Source: Girardia tigrina (taxonomy: Eukaryota). From it: a stretch of 64,000 bases of DNA. Where the stretch lies: assembly GCA_001938485.1 (NCBI GenBank), contig MQRK01209170.1, positions 4,329 through 68,328 on the forward strand. The letters run 5' to 3'. The translations under genes and the position numbers were made by a program. The notes below the pieces were generated by a model. That model saw nothing but the letters and a program-made list of their open reading frames with translations. It made no database searches and was not told the DNA's origin. Below, in pieces: positions 39,897 through 51,308 of this stretch. Within the stretch, counting starts at the first letter, position 1. Each line of letters begins with the position of its first letter.

Positions 39897-41147
39897 TAAA
39901 TAATAAAAAGAATGGATAGGCAAATGATAATTATGTTTTTCAATAATAAATAAAAATGTTATGTTCAAGCGACACAGTTATCCCTTTATTCAAAATATTT
40001 TTGTAATAATAATGTAAAAAAACATAAATACAAAGAGATAAAATATTTGCTACTTCAAAAAAATTTGCTATTTCAATGGTGTTTGTATTTGTATAAAACT
40101 ACCTTACCATTATTCTTTAAACTTATTGTTCAATTGTCGGTATATTTAATTATAATAATTTATTTTTTGTACAATACTTTGAATCAGACTTATGGGATTA
40201 AATGTTTCGGTATTAAATGTCATAATATTAACTGTTGCAGGGAGTAAGTCTAGCTGTTAAGTGTCACCAAACCATGCTATGTACTTTTGAATTTATAAAA
40301 GATTACATTAGAACTAAAACATAATCAAGATTACAAACCTTAACATATCGAGAAAGGCATCTAGAGTATTTATATGAATTGTTTTGGTCATATCTCCTTC
40401 TCCAAGTTGGTCTTTAATGGTTTTAGTTCCTGGATGTATAGAAACAACAAGAATTATTCCTAAAATAACAGCCAGTAGCGTTGTTATTATAAAATATGCT
40501 ATTGTGTAAAGACAGATTCTACCAGTAGTTTTTACATCCAGATCAGATAATGCTGATATTAAATAAAAATCATATGTTAGAACAAATTACATAAACTACA
40601 TTTAACAATTATAATAAAGAATATTCATAAAAAAGTGGAATTATTAAATAAAGAATATTGTGATTAAAACGAACAAACGTATTAGAATGTTCTAAAATAT
40701 CATAATTAACATGTAAGTGTAAATAACAGATATAACATTTACAAAAAGTAATCAAAAGGGGTAATCATATTCCCTAGAATTTTAGGTTTGTAAATATAAG
40801 TAAACATACATAATTATCTAGTAATGTCAAAGTCCCTTCTTCATCAGACTAATTACCATTACCTGTTCTACTTTGATACCAAAGTTAGGATTAAGCAGTC
40901 AATAATCTCATTACGTGGTATTCGAAAATGTTTAGCTAAAAAGATGAGTTTGAGGTTTAAATATTAATTTCTAAATCAAGTGATATTACTAATGAAACCT
41001 CACACATCATTATTTAACCTGATTCATTGGCTTTTGCATGTCCTTCTGGGGTGTAAGTATTTGTTAACGGAAATTGATCAACAAAGTTCTGGTTGATTAA
41101 TATATTTCTACTATTTTCTTTCTGTACAAGTGTGTAAACACACACAC

Positions 41148-41205
<58 letters not shown>

Positions 41206-41255
41206 NNNNNNNNNNNNNNNNNNNNNNNNNNNNNNNNNNNNNNNNNNNNNNNNNN

Positions 41256-41297
<42 letters not shown>

Positions 41298-44200
41298 TGT
41301 CGTCTTAACCAAATTTCCCGACCAATCGTGTCCTGACCAATTTACCACGATCAATTGACGTGCCCATAACATTCAGTCCATTGTAGTAGGACGAAAACAG
41401 ATCATGCCAATTTTTTGATCCAATACGGCAAATGTTCAGCAATTTGAATGAACATAAATTAAGCACAAAAACACAATCCAAGGCACAAAATTCATCAGTG
41501 TTTGGTGATCCGCCGCAGGTGTTTTTTTATTATGACTTCATTAACCTGGTTCGTGGATCACAGGATATGTTTTCTGCAACCACTTGGAAGATATGATGTG
41601 GAAACTCAAAGAAAGACAGCTGCGTTTGGAAAACGGGTCGACTCTCATCTTGCTTTACGACAAAACAAACCACATATTGAACCCAAGACCCGGATAGAAA
41701 TACAGGAACTTGAGTTGAAACTTATGTAGCATCCTCCATACTCACCAGATCTAGACTCAACTGACTACCATTTTTTCTTTAATTTAAACAAATTTTTGAT
41801 AGAAAAAAAATTCAATTCCGATGATGCTCTAAAAATGACCTTCCAGGAATTTATAGATTCTCACAAACTAAATTTTTATTCAAATGGCCTCAACAAGCCG
41901 CCGCTCAAATGGCAAAAATCGTATCGATAATATGAGTGCATACTGTGACGAATGACATGCAGCTGTCGTCAAAAAATTAGCGTATTTAGCGAAATTAAGA
42001 AAAATAACAAAATTCTCAAGATATTTCGGAATATAAAACAGGCACAGAACAATTTATTGAAGTTCAATATTTTAATTGGTAGTAAGTAGAACTCATTATT
42101 TTGAATGGTGTCCCTTATTTTTTAAGACCTCTTGATTCCGACGAGACATGCTGTTAGACAGAACATTATAAAAGGCAGACTGACCAAACTTTTCGGATGA
42201 TCTCCATCAGATTGTTCACGTTAAAAGGCTTCTCCATTGAAAGTCTGTGTTTCATTTTCAGCCAAATATTCTCAATGAGGTTTAGATCTGGGTTTTGTTC
42301 TGGCCACAACCACACCTCGATATCTTCAACGGTCAACCAGTTTGACACAACTCTGGCTTTCTAACAAGGTACACCATCATGCTGAATATAATTGCAAACA
42401 AGTCGTTCCATTGATGGTTGCTGATGCTGCTGTAAAACATCATGAATATAATTTACCACATTTATCGTTGTATTCCTGGGTAAGAAGTACAAATCATACG
42501 CCTTACTTTCACAGAAACACCCCAAAAATGAGGGAAAGTTGATGTTGCACCGTTACCAATGTGTACTTGAGCTTTTGATGTATATTTTTTGAACGGCGAA
42601 TATATATATGTAAACTATTGATTTGAAAAAATTGACTTTCATAGAAAAATGACCCACGGTTCCACATCTCTGACGTCAAAGAGCCATTTACTTCCTAAAA
42701 AAGGCAATATGATCCTTTATATTCTTGTGAGAGAGAAGGAGTTTTTCGATTGGCCTGCACCCTATAAAGCCCCAGAATTTTGAAGGCGGCGTTATATTGG
42801 ACGATCAGATAGGGAATTTGGTACTTCTCCTTAAATTTTTTTGGCAGATCACATTAGATGGACCGTTTTATCTCTTTATGTGGATATCACACTGGGCCTT
42901 CCACATCGCATAGCTGATGGAAAAATTGCCACATTCTCAGTAATTCTTCAAAGTAAGGGATACAACTGACTGGTTTACTCGCTCAGCACGAGAAATATCC
43001 ATTTGCTTCGAGCAACAGTGTTCGTAAGCAACAATTTTGGCCCTGATTTCGGTGGTAACCTCTGGTTTTCGGGACATAAATAATGAATACGATTCGTGTG
43101 ACCTTCAATTATCAGAAATCTATTAATACGATTAAAATAATTGGTTGACATAAAGTAATTATGCAAACCATTAAATATACTGTTAGTATACTGTAACTAT
43201 ACTTGTAAATAGAGTAACGAATTTCGCAAATCGGCGATTTTTATGAATATGTTAAACTTTTGGCGGCACCTGTAAATATTTCTTTTGGTAAATTTTCAAT
43301 AAATTTTGAACTAAGTTCTAAAAATTTCAAACTTTACAACTTACTAATGTATACTGGGTTGAGTCAAAAGTTATTCATGTTTTTTATTGAATTAATTTTT
43401 CTGTACTACCAGATCATTTAAGTTTAAAATTTATGCGCAACATTTGGTATCATTTAAAAGCCCATAAAAAGTTTAATTAAAATATTATTTAAAAGTTAAA
43501 TCTTTAAACTTTATTCCACTTTTATTTAGATTTTAGAATGATTGAAGAAAAAACAGTAATTTGTGTCTTATTTTGTCATTATTGGAAAAACGGCCTAAGA
43601 GCAGCAGCTGCAACTCGAGAAATCTGTAACTAGGAAGGTAAGAATGTACTTAATGAAAATACAGTCATTTTAATCATTGAAATAGGAGTCTTGAAAATCA
43701 GGAACGTTCAGGTTGATCATCAGTTGTAAATAAAGAGGCGTTTCATGCCATGGTGGAGCAGCAGCTGTGTACTAGCACCCGCAGGCTGCTCGAGCATCTC
43801 GACTATTCTCAAAACACCATTGTCCGTCATTTACATAACTTAGGTTTTGTAAATAAAAATCCACTCCGACTTTCCCACGAGTAGACAAATGTTCAAGCCC
43901 AGCGTCGAATTGATCTTTGCCGCGAACTACTCAATAACCACACATACAGTCGTTTTTGAAGCAATATTACTATAAGAAATGAACAGTGGATTTTTTCAGT
44001 AATTCTAGCGGAGGTAAACAATGGCTTCAGTATGATAAAGCAACTCAGCAAGTTGTTCGTTAAGGTCGAATCGGAAAGAAGGTGATGTTGTGCTTTTAGT
44101 GGAATTATGAGGGAGCTGTGCACTGGAAACTTGTTCCTAATGGTCGGAGTCGTCAATGGTAACCTGTATGCTGAATAATTACAATGAGTTTATGATGCTT

Positions 44201-47200
44201 TGAGTACTCGCTATCCAGTCATACATCATGAAGGATGAAGCAGAAAATTCAGGAACTGCAAGGTATCGATGTCATTTTCCACCCAGCGTATTGATTGACC
44301 TTTCTGATTATCATCTGTTTCGGTCCTTTTCACATTTCTTACACGAGAGACACTTTGCTTCAGAGGAAGTCAAAACTGGAATCGCCAAATATTTTTCCCT
44401 CTAAGACTCCATGTGATTGAGCAATAGGCAGAAAGATGGCTTTGAGTCACTGAAAATGATGGACTGTATTTCGAGGAATAATATAATCAGTGTCAAAAGT
44501 TTCTACAAATATAATATTCCCAAAACAACATGAATAACCTGGTATATATATACCGTATTACTTCGATTTAACGCCGCCCTCTTATAAACGCCGCTTTAAA
44601 GAATATAATTGTACAATCAGTCATAATTTATAATATAATATATCTAAAAGTAAGATTGTGTTTCAAGCACCAGTATAATTTTATTAAATAAAAAGTATTA
44701 TATCACTCCTATTTCTATCTCATCCGCGTCATCAATTTCATCATTCCCATCATCGTCTTCATCTTCGTCTTCGCACATGTATGGTATAGTTTCTTGCACT
44801 GGCTAGATGAGTTCATCTCGAGCTGATTCTGCAACTTTGCCTTTTCTAGTACAACTGTTGACGTCAGTATCGGAAGAAGTGATGCCACACACTTTGAAAG
44901 ACTTGATAATTATTTCTTGTGACACGTTATTCCACTCTTCCTTTATCCATTTTACCATATCAGCTTTGCAGAGGCGCGAGGATTTCCTGCAGGTGTACAA
45001 CTAGCTGGTCGACTTTTATCTTGTAACAAATTTTCAAAAAATTCGCGATACTTGTCTTTGAACGGCTCTTTCCATGACACATCCGCTGGTTGAAGAAGCT
45101 TCGTGCAACCACCGGGAATGCATGCCATTGTTGTCTTTGAAGCTTTCAGAGCAGTACGTGCCTCAGTGGTTAAATGGCAACGGAATGAGTCCCATACAAA
45201 GAGTCTCTGATGAAAGGCAAAGTTACCCCACACCTTGTTAATCCACGTCATAGTGTTGTAAGGCTTCATCCAACCATTGTCAGACATTTCATTATTCGTA
45301 TTCCTACTAACTCTGTCGGCATTCTTTTTCCTTTAAACACGACAGACGGAGGTAATTTACGTCCATCAGCCATAGCTGACAGACACACTGTGATGCGACT
45401 TTTTTCATGTCCAGTCGTAAGCATGGGAACATGCTGTACTCCACGAATATCCACTATTGCATCTCCGGGCACATCCGCCCATATTGCGGTTTCGTCCATG
45501 TTGCCAATATTTTCTGGCCGCAGTAGATGTTGGCATCGTTGCTCTTTGCAATAGCAGACGAATTCCACTACCTTCTTTGCCAACTCTGGTGAAAGTCGTT
45601 GCCCAGTTGTTGTTTTACTATGGAGGACGAAATTATGACGCTCCATAAACTTTTCTACCCATCCACGGCTTGCTTGGAAATTGGGGTCGTTGGCTAGAGC
45701 AATAGCCTTGCTGTATATAGATTTGCGTGTAACTCGATGATAGAGTGAGCGCTCATCTAAAATCCATTGTCGTATTTTAAGTTCCATTTCTTCATTATTA
45801 ACTTTACGACCACCGCCAGTTTTGAGACTTTGCATGCTCCAATTGATGCATCCAGATCTGAAAACTTTCCAGCGGCTTCATGTTGTCTGCACGCACGAAT
45901 CCATTTTTCGTCAATATGAAGCTACACTGTTGCTGGACGATTTCCTTTCATTTTTACTAGGTCGACAGCTCTCTGTTTGAAAGTTAGGTCATAAGATCGT
46001 TTGCTCGGCATTCTTTTCTATAAAAAATAACCAAATATATTGTGTATTTTTTAAAAAAATATTTTTGATTTGAATAAAGTTTTTTTAATTTTATTTTTTT
46101 TAATTTCTGAAATAAACGCCCTCGATTTATCACCGCACCTTCGATTCAGCATTTGAAATAAAAACCGCGGCGTTAAATCGAAGTAATACGATACATGTTA
46201 TTGTTTTGTTATTTTATTTAAATAAATTTAATATTTGTCGCAGTGTTCTCTCTTTGAAAACTGTGAAACAGTGGTGTAAAATGGGGGATCGAGGGGTTGA
46301 CGGGTGCCACGTCTGTGAGGGGCGGCATTTTTCAATGGCTAAAAAAATTACAAAAAAAATAAAATTAATAAAATTCCAACAAGAATTCAGATTCTGAAAT
46401 GTTGGCCATTACGGAATGTTTAAAACGAAAGAAAAAGACGGGAACGAAGGACCTTTAAAACTTTTGAGTTTCATACAGAGATATCATATTGGGAACTCAA
46501 TTCCTATTAATGTAATCTTGCTGCGCATCTTTCTTACCCAGCCTTTTAGCGTTGCTACCTGCGAACGCTCATTTTCAGAACTAAAGCTCATAAAGAACTA
46601 CAATGATCTACAATGAGTCAATCAATGCTTACAGACTTAGCAGTCTGTTCTATATAAAGGCAGCTTGCAGTTGAACTGAATTTTGATACTGTTATCAATA
46701 AATTTGCAGAAATGAAAGCGCGACAAGTTTGCTTGGAAATTGTAAATAAAATTATAAATTTTGAAACTACTTCGTAAATTTTATTATTAAAATACGATTA
46801 TTGAAAGACGAAAATGAAATGAAAGTCAAAGTTTAAGACTGGCGATTACAGCACTCTATTTAATTCTTAGCATAGACAGTCATTGAGGGTTGCCGATAAT
46901 GATGGGGGCGGAAAATCTTAGGACCGCCCGGGTGCAAATAACAGTTGCTATGTCACTGCTGTGAGATCAAAGATTCAGTACTCAACATGGATATCCACAA
47001 TAAAATTTTAATAAAATCGACAAAATATTGATTCAATGAAAGAATCATTAAGGAAATCGAACCGGTAATTAAGCTGGATATCACCAAGGGAATGATGAGC
47101 ATTTTAAACATATTCATCATCAATTCTCCTGGAAATCCAACCAACTTAGCTTGTCTGTACGTTACCGAAGTTACAGATCTCAACACCAGTCCGATCGATA

Positions 47201-47355
47201 AACTAAGGATAACGGATAAAATAGTTAAGAGTACCAATGCATTATCCGGTTTTTTTAGGAACTTCTACATCATGTTTTATTCACATATTTCAATATTAAA
47301 TACCACAGTAAAAAGCATTTCAAAGAGTCACCTTTGTTGATGTAACGATTTGCAT
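15274..47355 (-). CDS. slc1a: SLC1A/EAAT Na+/glutamate transporter, gene A; 9 coding exons, 1422 nt, 473 aa
   Basis: Exons 47355-47332, 47264-47063, 40552-40339, 37566-37412, 37370-37244, 32632-32372, 24886-24719, 22212-22078 and 15409-15274. All introns GT-AG with matching phases. Motifs [49 protein letters not shown]. Confidence 0.92.
16994..17213. mobile_element. piggyBac-like MITE
   Basis: TTAA|CCCTTTACTG ... CAGGAAAGGG|TTAA. Confidence 0.7.
17531..18048 (+). pseudogene. STRN: Striatin-family N-terminal fragment (frameshifted), antisense within intron 8 of gene A
   Basis: [46 protein letters not shown] and [21 protein letters not shown] spread across frames; GTAAGT donor at 18049. Confidence 0.85.
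18120..19092 (+). mobile_element. Decayed mariner element
   Basis: Remnants of RWVPH and HPPYSPDL-like motifs; mariner-like end AAACTTATTGCTCACCTTTCGT. Confidence 0.55.
20090..20210 (-). mobile_element. Penelope-like GIY-YIG C-terminal relic
   Basis: [30 protein letters not shown]; similar to 36690-36770. Confidence 0.45.
21040..21810 (+). mobile_element. Decayed mariner fragment
   Basis: HDNVRP and C-terminal [11 protein letters not shown] remnants. Confidence 0.5.
22078..22212 (-). CDS. slc1a: EAAT gene A exon 8 (HP2)
   Basis: [44 protein letters not shown]; 135 nt, same length as the equivalent exon of gene B. Confidence 0.92.
22779..22940. repeat. Local direct duplication of 22198-22360 (exon 8 acceptor region)
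   Basis: AATGTGGCCG..TACTA..TAATTAAAAAAGATTATTTTCATAA..CGACTTTTG is shared by both copies. Confidence 0.85.
24040..24350 (-). mobile_element. Mariner transposase N-terminal fragment
   Basis: [21 protein letters not shown] (HTH and GRP linker). Confidence 0.6.
24719..24886 (-). CDS. slc1a: EAAT gene A exon 7 (TM7, NMDGT)
   Basis: [43 protein letters not shown]. Confidence 0.95.
26321..26553. mobile_element. piggyBac-like MITE, 233 bp
   Basis: TTAA TSDs, TIR CCCTTTCGCAGC, and three internal palindromes of the form TGGGACATATRTGTCCCA. Confidence 0.85.
27000..27250 (+). mobile_element. MULE transposase C-terminal relic
   Basis: [20 protein letters not shown] resembles the LPRTNNxxEGWHxxF motif. 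Confidence 0.5.
27840..28582 (-). mobile_element. Mariner (Hsmar1/cecropia-like TIR), 5' part
   Basis: TIR TTAGGTTGGTCGAGAAATAATGGCGGTTTTT; [32 protein letters not shown]; WVPH remnant. Confidence 0.85.
28870..29215 (+). mobile_element. hAT (ZBED/SCAND3-like) transposase fragment
   Basis: [19 protein letters not shown] and [13 protein letters not shown] across a frameshift. Confidence 0.7.
32372..32632 (-). CDS. slc1a: EAAT gene A exon 6 (TM5-6, HP1)
   Basis: [16 protein letters not shown]...[22 protein letters not shown]. Confidence 0.95.
33480..34094 (+). mobile_element. AT-rich solo-LTR-like insertion (family copy 2)
   Basis: TGTTGTTTTTGGTGAACTTTAAATT ... AATCACGAACCCAATA; flanks GTGTC and GTGTT. 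Confidence 0.7.
35023..35832 (-). mobile_element. hAT/Buster 5' half with BED-type transposase N-terminus
   Basis: TIR CAGTGTTTCCCAACCTGGGCG at 35832; [40 protein letters not shown]. Confidence 0.8.
35890..36780. mobile_element. Penelope-like retroelement relics in opposite orientations
   Basis: Minus strand [14 protein letters not shown] (RT) near 36170-36230; plus strand [15 protein letters not shown] (GIY-YIG tail) near 36720-36770. Confidence 0.55.
37244..37370 (-). CDS. slc1a: EAAT gene A exon 5
   Basis: [43 protein letters not shown]. Confidence 0.93.
37412..37566 (-). CDS. slc1a: EAAT gene A exon 4 (extracellular loop with NST and NET sequons)
   Basis: [14 protein letters not shown]...ENSTK..TNETQ...EGTNVLG. 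Confidence 0.93.
37735..38760. repeat. About 1-kb imperfect inverted repeat (foldback) around a (TA)n/N gap; third partial copy at about 39560-39850
   Basis: TCATTTATTGTCATCGAAAATGAGT (about 38045) pairs with ACTCATTTTCGATGACAATAAATGA (about 38400); AGAACTCTATTTGGCCAACA pairs with TGTTGGCCAAGTAGAGTTCT. Confidence 0.8.
40339..40552 (-). CDS. slc1a: EAAT gene A exon 3
   Basis: [41 protein letters not shown]...DAFLDML. Confidence 0.93.
41400..41960 (+). mobile_element. Mariner transposase C-terminal relic
   Basis: [16 protein letters not shown] motif. Confidence 0.7.
42060..43010 (-). mobile_element. Tc1-like transposase relic
   Basis: [15 protein letters not shown] (Tc1 WPxxSPDLNPIENxW). Confidence 0.75.
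43351..44546 (+). mobile_element. Decayed mariner element
   Basis: [23 protein letters not shown] and [12 protein letters not shown] remnants; terminal GTTATTCATGTT pairs with AACATGAATAAC. Confidence 0.7.
44553..46191 (-). mobile_element. pogo-superfamily (POGK-like: Brinker DBD, CENP-B HTH, DDE_1) transposon, full length but disrupted
   Basis: 25-bp TIR CCGTATTACTTCGATTTAACGCCGC with TA TSDs; ATG at 46011 ([12 protein letters not shown]); [27 protein letters not shown]. Confidence 0.92.
46269..46958 (+). mobile_element. Internally deleted hAT element
   Basis: Ends CAGTGGTGTA and TATGTCACTG; 8-bp TSD CTGTGAAA/CTGTGAGA; [18 protein letters not shown]. Confidence 0.8.
47063..47264 (-). CDS. 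slc1a: EAAT gene A exon 2 (TM1-2)
   Basis: [20 protein letters not shown]...[25 protein letters not shown]. Confidence 0.9.
47332..47355 (-). CDS. slc1a: EAAT gene A putative first coding exon (MQIVTSTK)
   Basis: ATG, 8 codons, AAG|GTGACT donor, and a 67-nt intron in phase 0 with exon 2. Confidence 0.65.
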
Positions 47356-47820
47356 TTTTGAAAATGGTAATATTAATGTTTCAAATGAATCTCACTATAA
47401 TATACAAACAATATATTTAATATTAATTAATTAAAAGTTATAAAATTTATAAATCGATTTTAGTCATTTTGTTGAAATGCAAATTTAAATGGATTATAAG
47501 AAGCATTAACAAATATTACCAAGTAAATACCAAATATTTTCTTTGGGAATATTGGTAAAGTTAAAATTGAAAAATATAAAAGATTAATCTACATTTATTA
47601 AACAATCTTCTAATGACATTAGAAAATTATAAATTTATTTATTGAAAAAAAATATATTACATTCGTTTCAGGGGAGATAGATTAACACATAATATTATCA
47701 ACCACACACATACACAGACTGATATCGTTAAGGATTTTGTGGTCATGTAAAATACGGCTTACATATTGTTTATTATTTTTAACAAGGACAATTAGACACA
47801 GAAACTACAATGTATTCTAC

Positions 47821-49295
47821 GGTACGCCGACTTTACCGCGCCGACTTTACCGCGCCGACTTTACCACGGGCGACTTTATCGCGGACGACTTTACCACGGG
47901 TGACTTTACACCGGGTGACTTTACCGCGGAAAATTTACAACAAAATTATCAAAAAGTAAACAATGTCATCTAAAATATATATAAAAAATTTTAATTATGT
48001 AATCATAAAACAATGAATCATAATTAGGTTTTAATTTGAAAACATAAATGGATAGAAAATTTCAGATGGACATGACATTTAATTATTCTTTTTAATAAAA
48101 AAAATAAACAAACAACATACGAAAAATTAGTAAATTCCTAATTTAAAAAATTCAAATAACGCAAAAAATGTGATGTGTAAATTGAAGAAAGATACAAAAA
48201 CATTAAACTGTTTCTTTTATTTTTTTCCAAATTGATTGGCTCAGGTAAAAAAATCAGCCTTTAACAGTAGCAATACAAAATACAATGGAAACATCTTTCA
48301 TTGCTCCTTTTCAAAATCTATCATAATAGTTTGTAGATTTAAATTTGGTTGTTGTCTTAAAAGCTTTTCAAACATACGAGTGTAATTTAATTGAGTTTTA
48401 TTGGTCATCAATGCATAAACAGGAGGGAATACTTTGTTTGATTTTAAAGCATGTATAGTATAAACTTGGTAAAATAATCGAGGGGCGACAGAGAATGTCC
48501 CATCCATAAACCAATTTTCACAAGAAGTCATCAGATTTATGTTTGCAGTTGTACTGAAGAGCATTATCCGGTTGGCATCATTAGATCCAGAATCGAGTAT
48601 CAAAAAAGATTCATTTCTAGTTGTAAACCTCAAATTTTCAGGAACATTTATATCTGAAAGATGATTTTGATTTGGCCAAGGAACATTCTCTTGTTTTCTT
48701 TTTCGTTGAATTGTACGTTGACTAGAGTGATAACTTGGAAGAAATATTGCAACGTCAAGTGGAATCCCAGTCTTAGATTTCTGAATAATTTGCCTCGGGG
48801 CCTCTACTGTCTGCGATGCAGGAGTTGCAACCCCCTGAGCAATTTGCCTAGCGACAACTTTACCTAGCTAAGGAGCGTGATTATACTCAGAAGGGCGACC
48901 TAAAATAATAGATGCCTCGTTGTTGTTTGAAGTATGAATTTTTCCTTTACATTTATGTTGTTCATAAGCAACAACAGCGCCAGAATATTCCATCTAGGGA
49001 TTTTAAATCATAATCAAAGCGATAAGAATAACCTGCATACGCAACAATCGGATTTCCAGATTTTGAAGTAAAGAATTGAAGATTCATGCTGAAAAAACAG
49101 GGAGAGAAAAATTTAAAGAAATTTATAATATTTTAAGATATATTTTTAAACGTAAATGGAAAATTTTATTATAATTATTATATTTTAATAAAGCATTATT
49201 CGGTAATAATGGCAAAAAATATCTTAATTAAAAATCTGAAAAAATCCGCGATAAAGTCGCCTGCGGTAAAGTCGCCGCGGTAAAGTCGCCTCACC
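47821..49295 (-). mobile_element. MULE/Mutator element with tandem-repeat TIRs, internally deleted
   Basis: Perfect 9-bp TSD GTATTCTAC at 47812-47820 and 49296-49304; repeats of CGACTTTACCGCG at both ends; WFMDGTF..FYQVYTIH..MIDFE. Confidence 0.92.
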
Positions 49296-50184
49296 GTATT
49301 CTACAAACATTGTAAGGAATAAAGAATTTAATAACAACAATTTATATTAAAAAGTTCAATCTTCTTTGGGATTGACAAAGTTCTTCCAGTACCTTATTTT
49401 TATTTTACAGTTGAAGCTGCCTAATATCAGGATCATTAATTTTACAAGCTGTATAATTATTAACAAAAATTTGGAAAAAATCATAGCTTTTATAGAATAA
49501 AAACTCCATAATTTCGCATTTTTCTTATTTCACATTTTTTAAAAGTTAGAAATTAGACTAAATTTGAATAAAAATTGCAGTAAATTAGAAATTTTAGTTA
49601 ATATGAATTTATAAATCATTTGTGTACATTTTTGCACATTTATTAAATAATATAGAATGAATCATAATTTTACAAGTCAAAATTCAATTCATTGTCTCCT
49701 TCAAGAATGAAAAGATTGACCTAGAAAATGTTTTTCAACTCAAAATTAACAGTTTATAACAAGGATAATAATGCTAACAATGAGTTTCAGTCAAACGTAG
49801 GTTCTATAAGTTCACTGGAAATCCAGACCCAAAAACGGAAAAAAAGGATAATGAATCATTAACTAATAAGATTAAACTAGCATTAATTTATTTTGTAGAA
49901 AAACATCGCAGGCTGAAACAAGAAGAAATTGAAAAATATGTGTTTAGAAAGTGTAATAAAACTATGAATAGAACAACTCTATCGACGATAATAAAGGATC
50001 GTCATAAAGTTTTACAACTTGGTGTTTTGAATAAAGAGTATAAGAGATGTCAGCTTTCCAAAACTGTATAAAAATCTTATTAACTTAGTTTATAAACAAC
50101 GAATGAAAATTTTCAAATTTTTCAAAAATTTTCGAACGAATGAAAAAAAAATTGTTTGGAAAAAAAGACGACGACAAAAAAGAC

Positions 50185-51308
50185 GACGTTCGATATCAGA
50201 ATTAGAATTCTGTGAAAATGTGAAATAAGATAGCAAAACAATTTATTAATATAACAATTATAAATTTTTTAAACAAATTTTGAGGAACAATTTTCTTAAT
50301 TATTATACGAACCAGATTTAAACCAAATTTAATAAAATATAATTTCAATATTTATATAGTATTAATATTATGATTTTAAATCATTAGTTTTAAATTTAAT
50401 TTCGTTCGGTTAATTTTTATTTTTAAATTAACTCACAATTTCCAATTTTAAATAATTTCTTATATTCAATTCCTAATTTCATTTTGTTTCTTCTTATTTC
50501 CAACATTATTTATACTACAAAATTTATAACTTACAATTTACAATTTATTCTTCACAATTTACATTCCATAAATTATAATCTACAATTTTTCAAATTTTTA
50601 AATTCATAATTTGAAATCTATAACCCATAATTTATCATTTACAATTTGCAATTTTTTTAAATTCATAATTTGCAATTTATAACCCATAATTTATAATTTA
50701 CAAGTTACCATTTATTATTTTATTTAACCTTACTTTTCCTTTATATTCAATTTTAATTAAATTTCAAACATTTTATATTACAATTTTAAGTACCAGTCGT
50801 CGATCCGAATGCTGCTTCGATAAGAGAGTCAGAAGAGATTCCTTTAGAAACCCATCTTGACTACCGCCTTACAGATCTAACTGTGAGAGAAACCTTCAGA
50901 TGTCCGTTTCGCGGATGTGTAAGGTCCACGTACACAGTCAAAGGGATGCAGAATCATGGGACTACTATCCATGACTGGTCGTTTCTGACTGGATTGCCAA
51001 AGCGTGCGCGGAAGTGACGTCCCTGTAGGAGGCCTATCGGGGAGCTTATACACTTAATTGGGTTGGGTGGACCATCTAAAGAGCCTATAGGCTCAATACC
51101 ATTATTGAAAGAGATGGGAGGCCCAAAAATATTACAATTAATTTTCAATGTTATTCTAAACTTTAATTTCTATTATCTTGTAAATTATTTTATTATATGA
51201 TTTGGAAATCTATTTTAAATAGTCTTAATTGTTAATTAATTTTAAAATATTTTATTGATGTAATTCTTTTTTTAGTTCAAATATCTAAGAGTTATTTCAA
51301 TCCTTACA
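50185..51308 (-). mobile_element. Long member (copy 4) of the AT-rich insertion family, with a GC-richer cargo segment
   Basis: AAACAAATTTTGAGGAACAA..AACCAGAT block matches 57770-57820; right end resembles 58285-58326; no TSD recognised. Confidence 0.5.
50791..51017 (+). CDS. Putative exon encoding one C2H2 zinc finger and a basic NLS-like tail (no ATG)
   Basis: FRCPFRGCVRSTYTVKGMQNHGTTIH is C-x4-C-x12-H-x4-H; ends PKRARK*; preceded by TTTTAAG. Confidence 0.55.

Noticed and set aside
40810-40856. Hammerhead-like CTGATGA on the minus strand
   Set aside because: The required GAAA core reads GACA and the stems are weak; at most a dead relic.
41097-41372. YIYI and X-containing ORFs (also 60013-61200)
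   Set aside because: Artefacts of (TA)n tracts and N gaps.
47827-47930. ORF with DFTTG repeats, or a CRISPR-like array
   Set aside because: It is the tandem-repeat TIR of the MULE, mirrored at 49246-49290.
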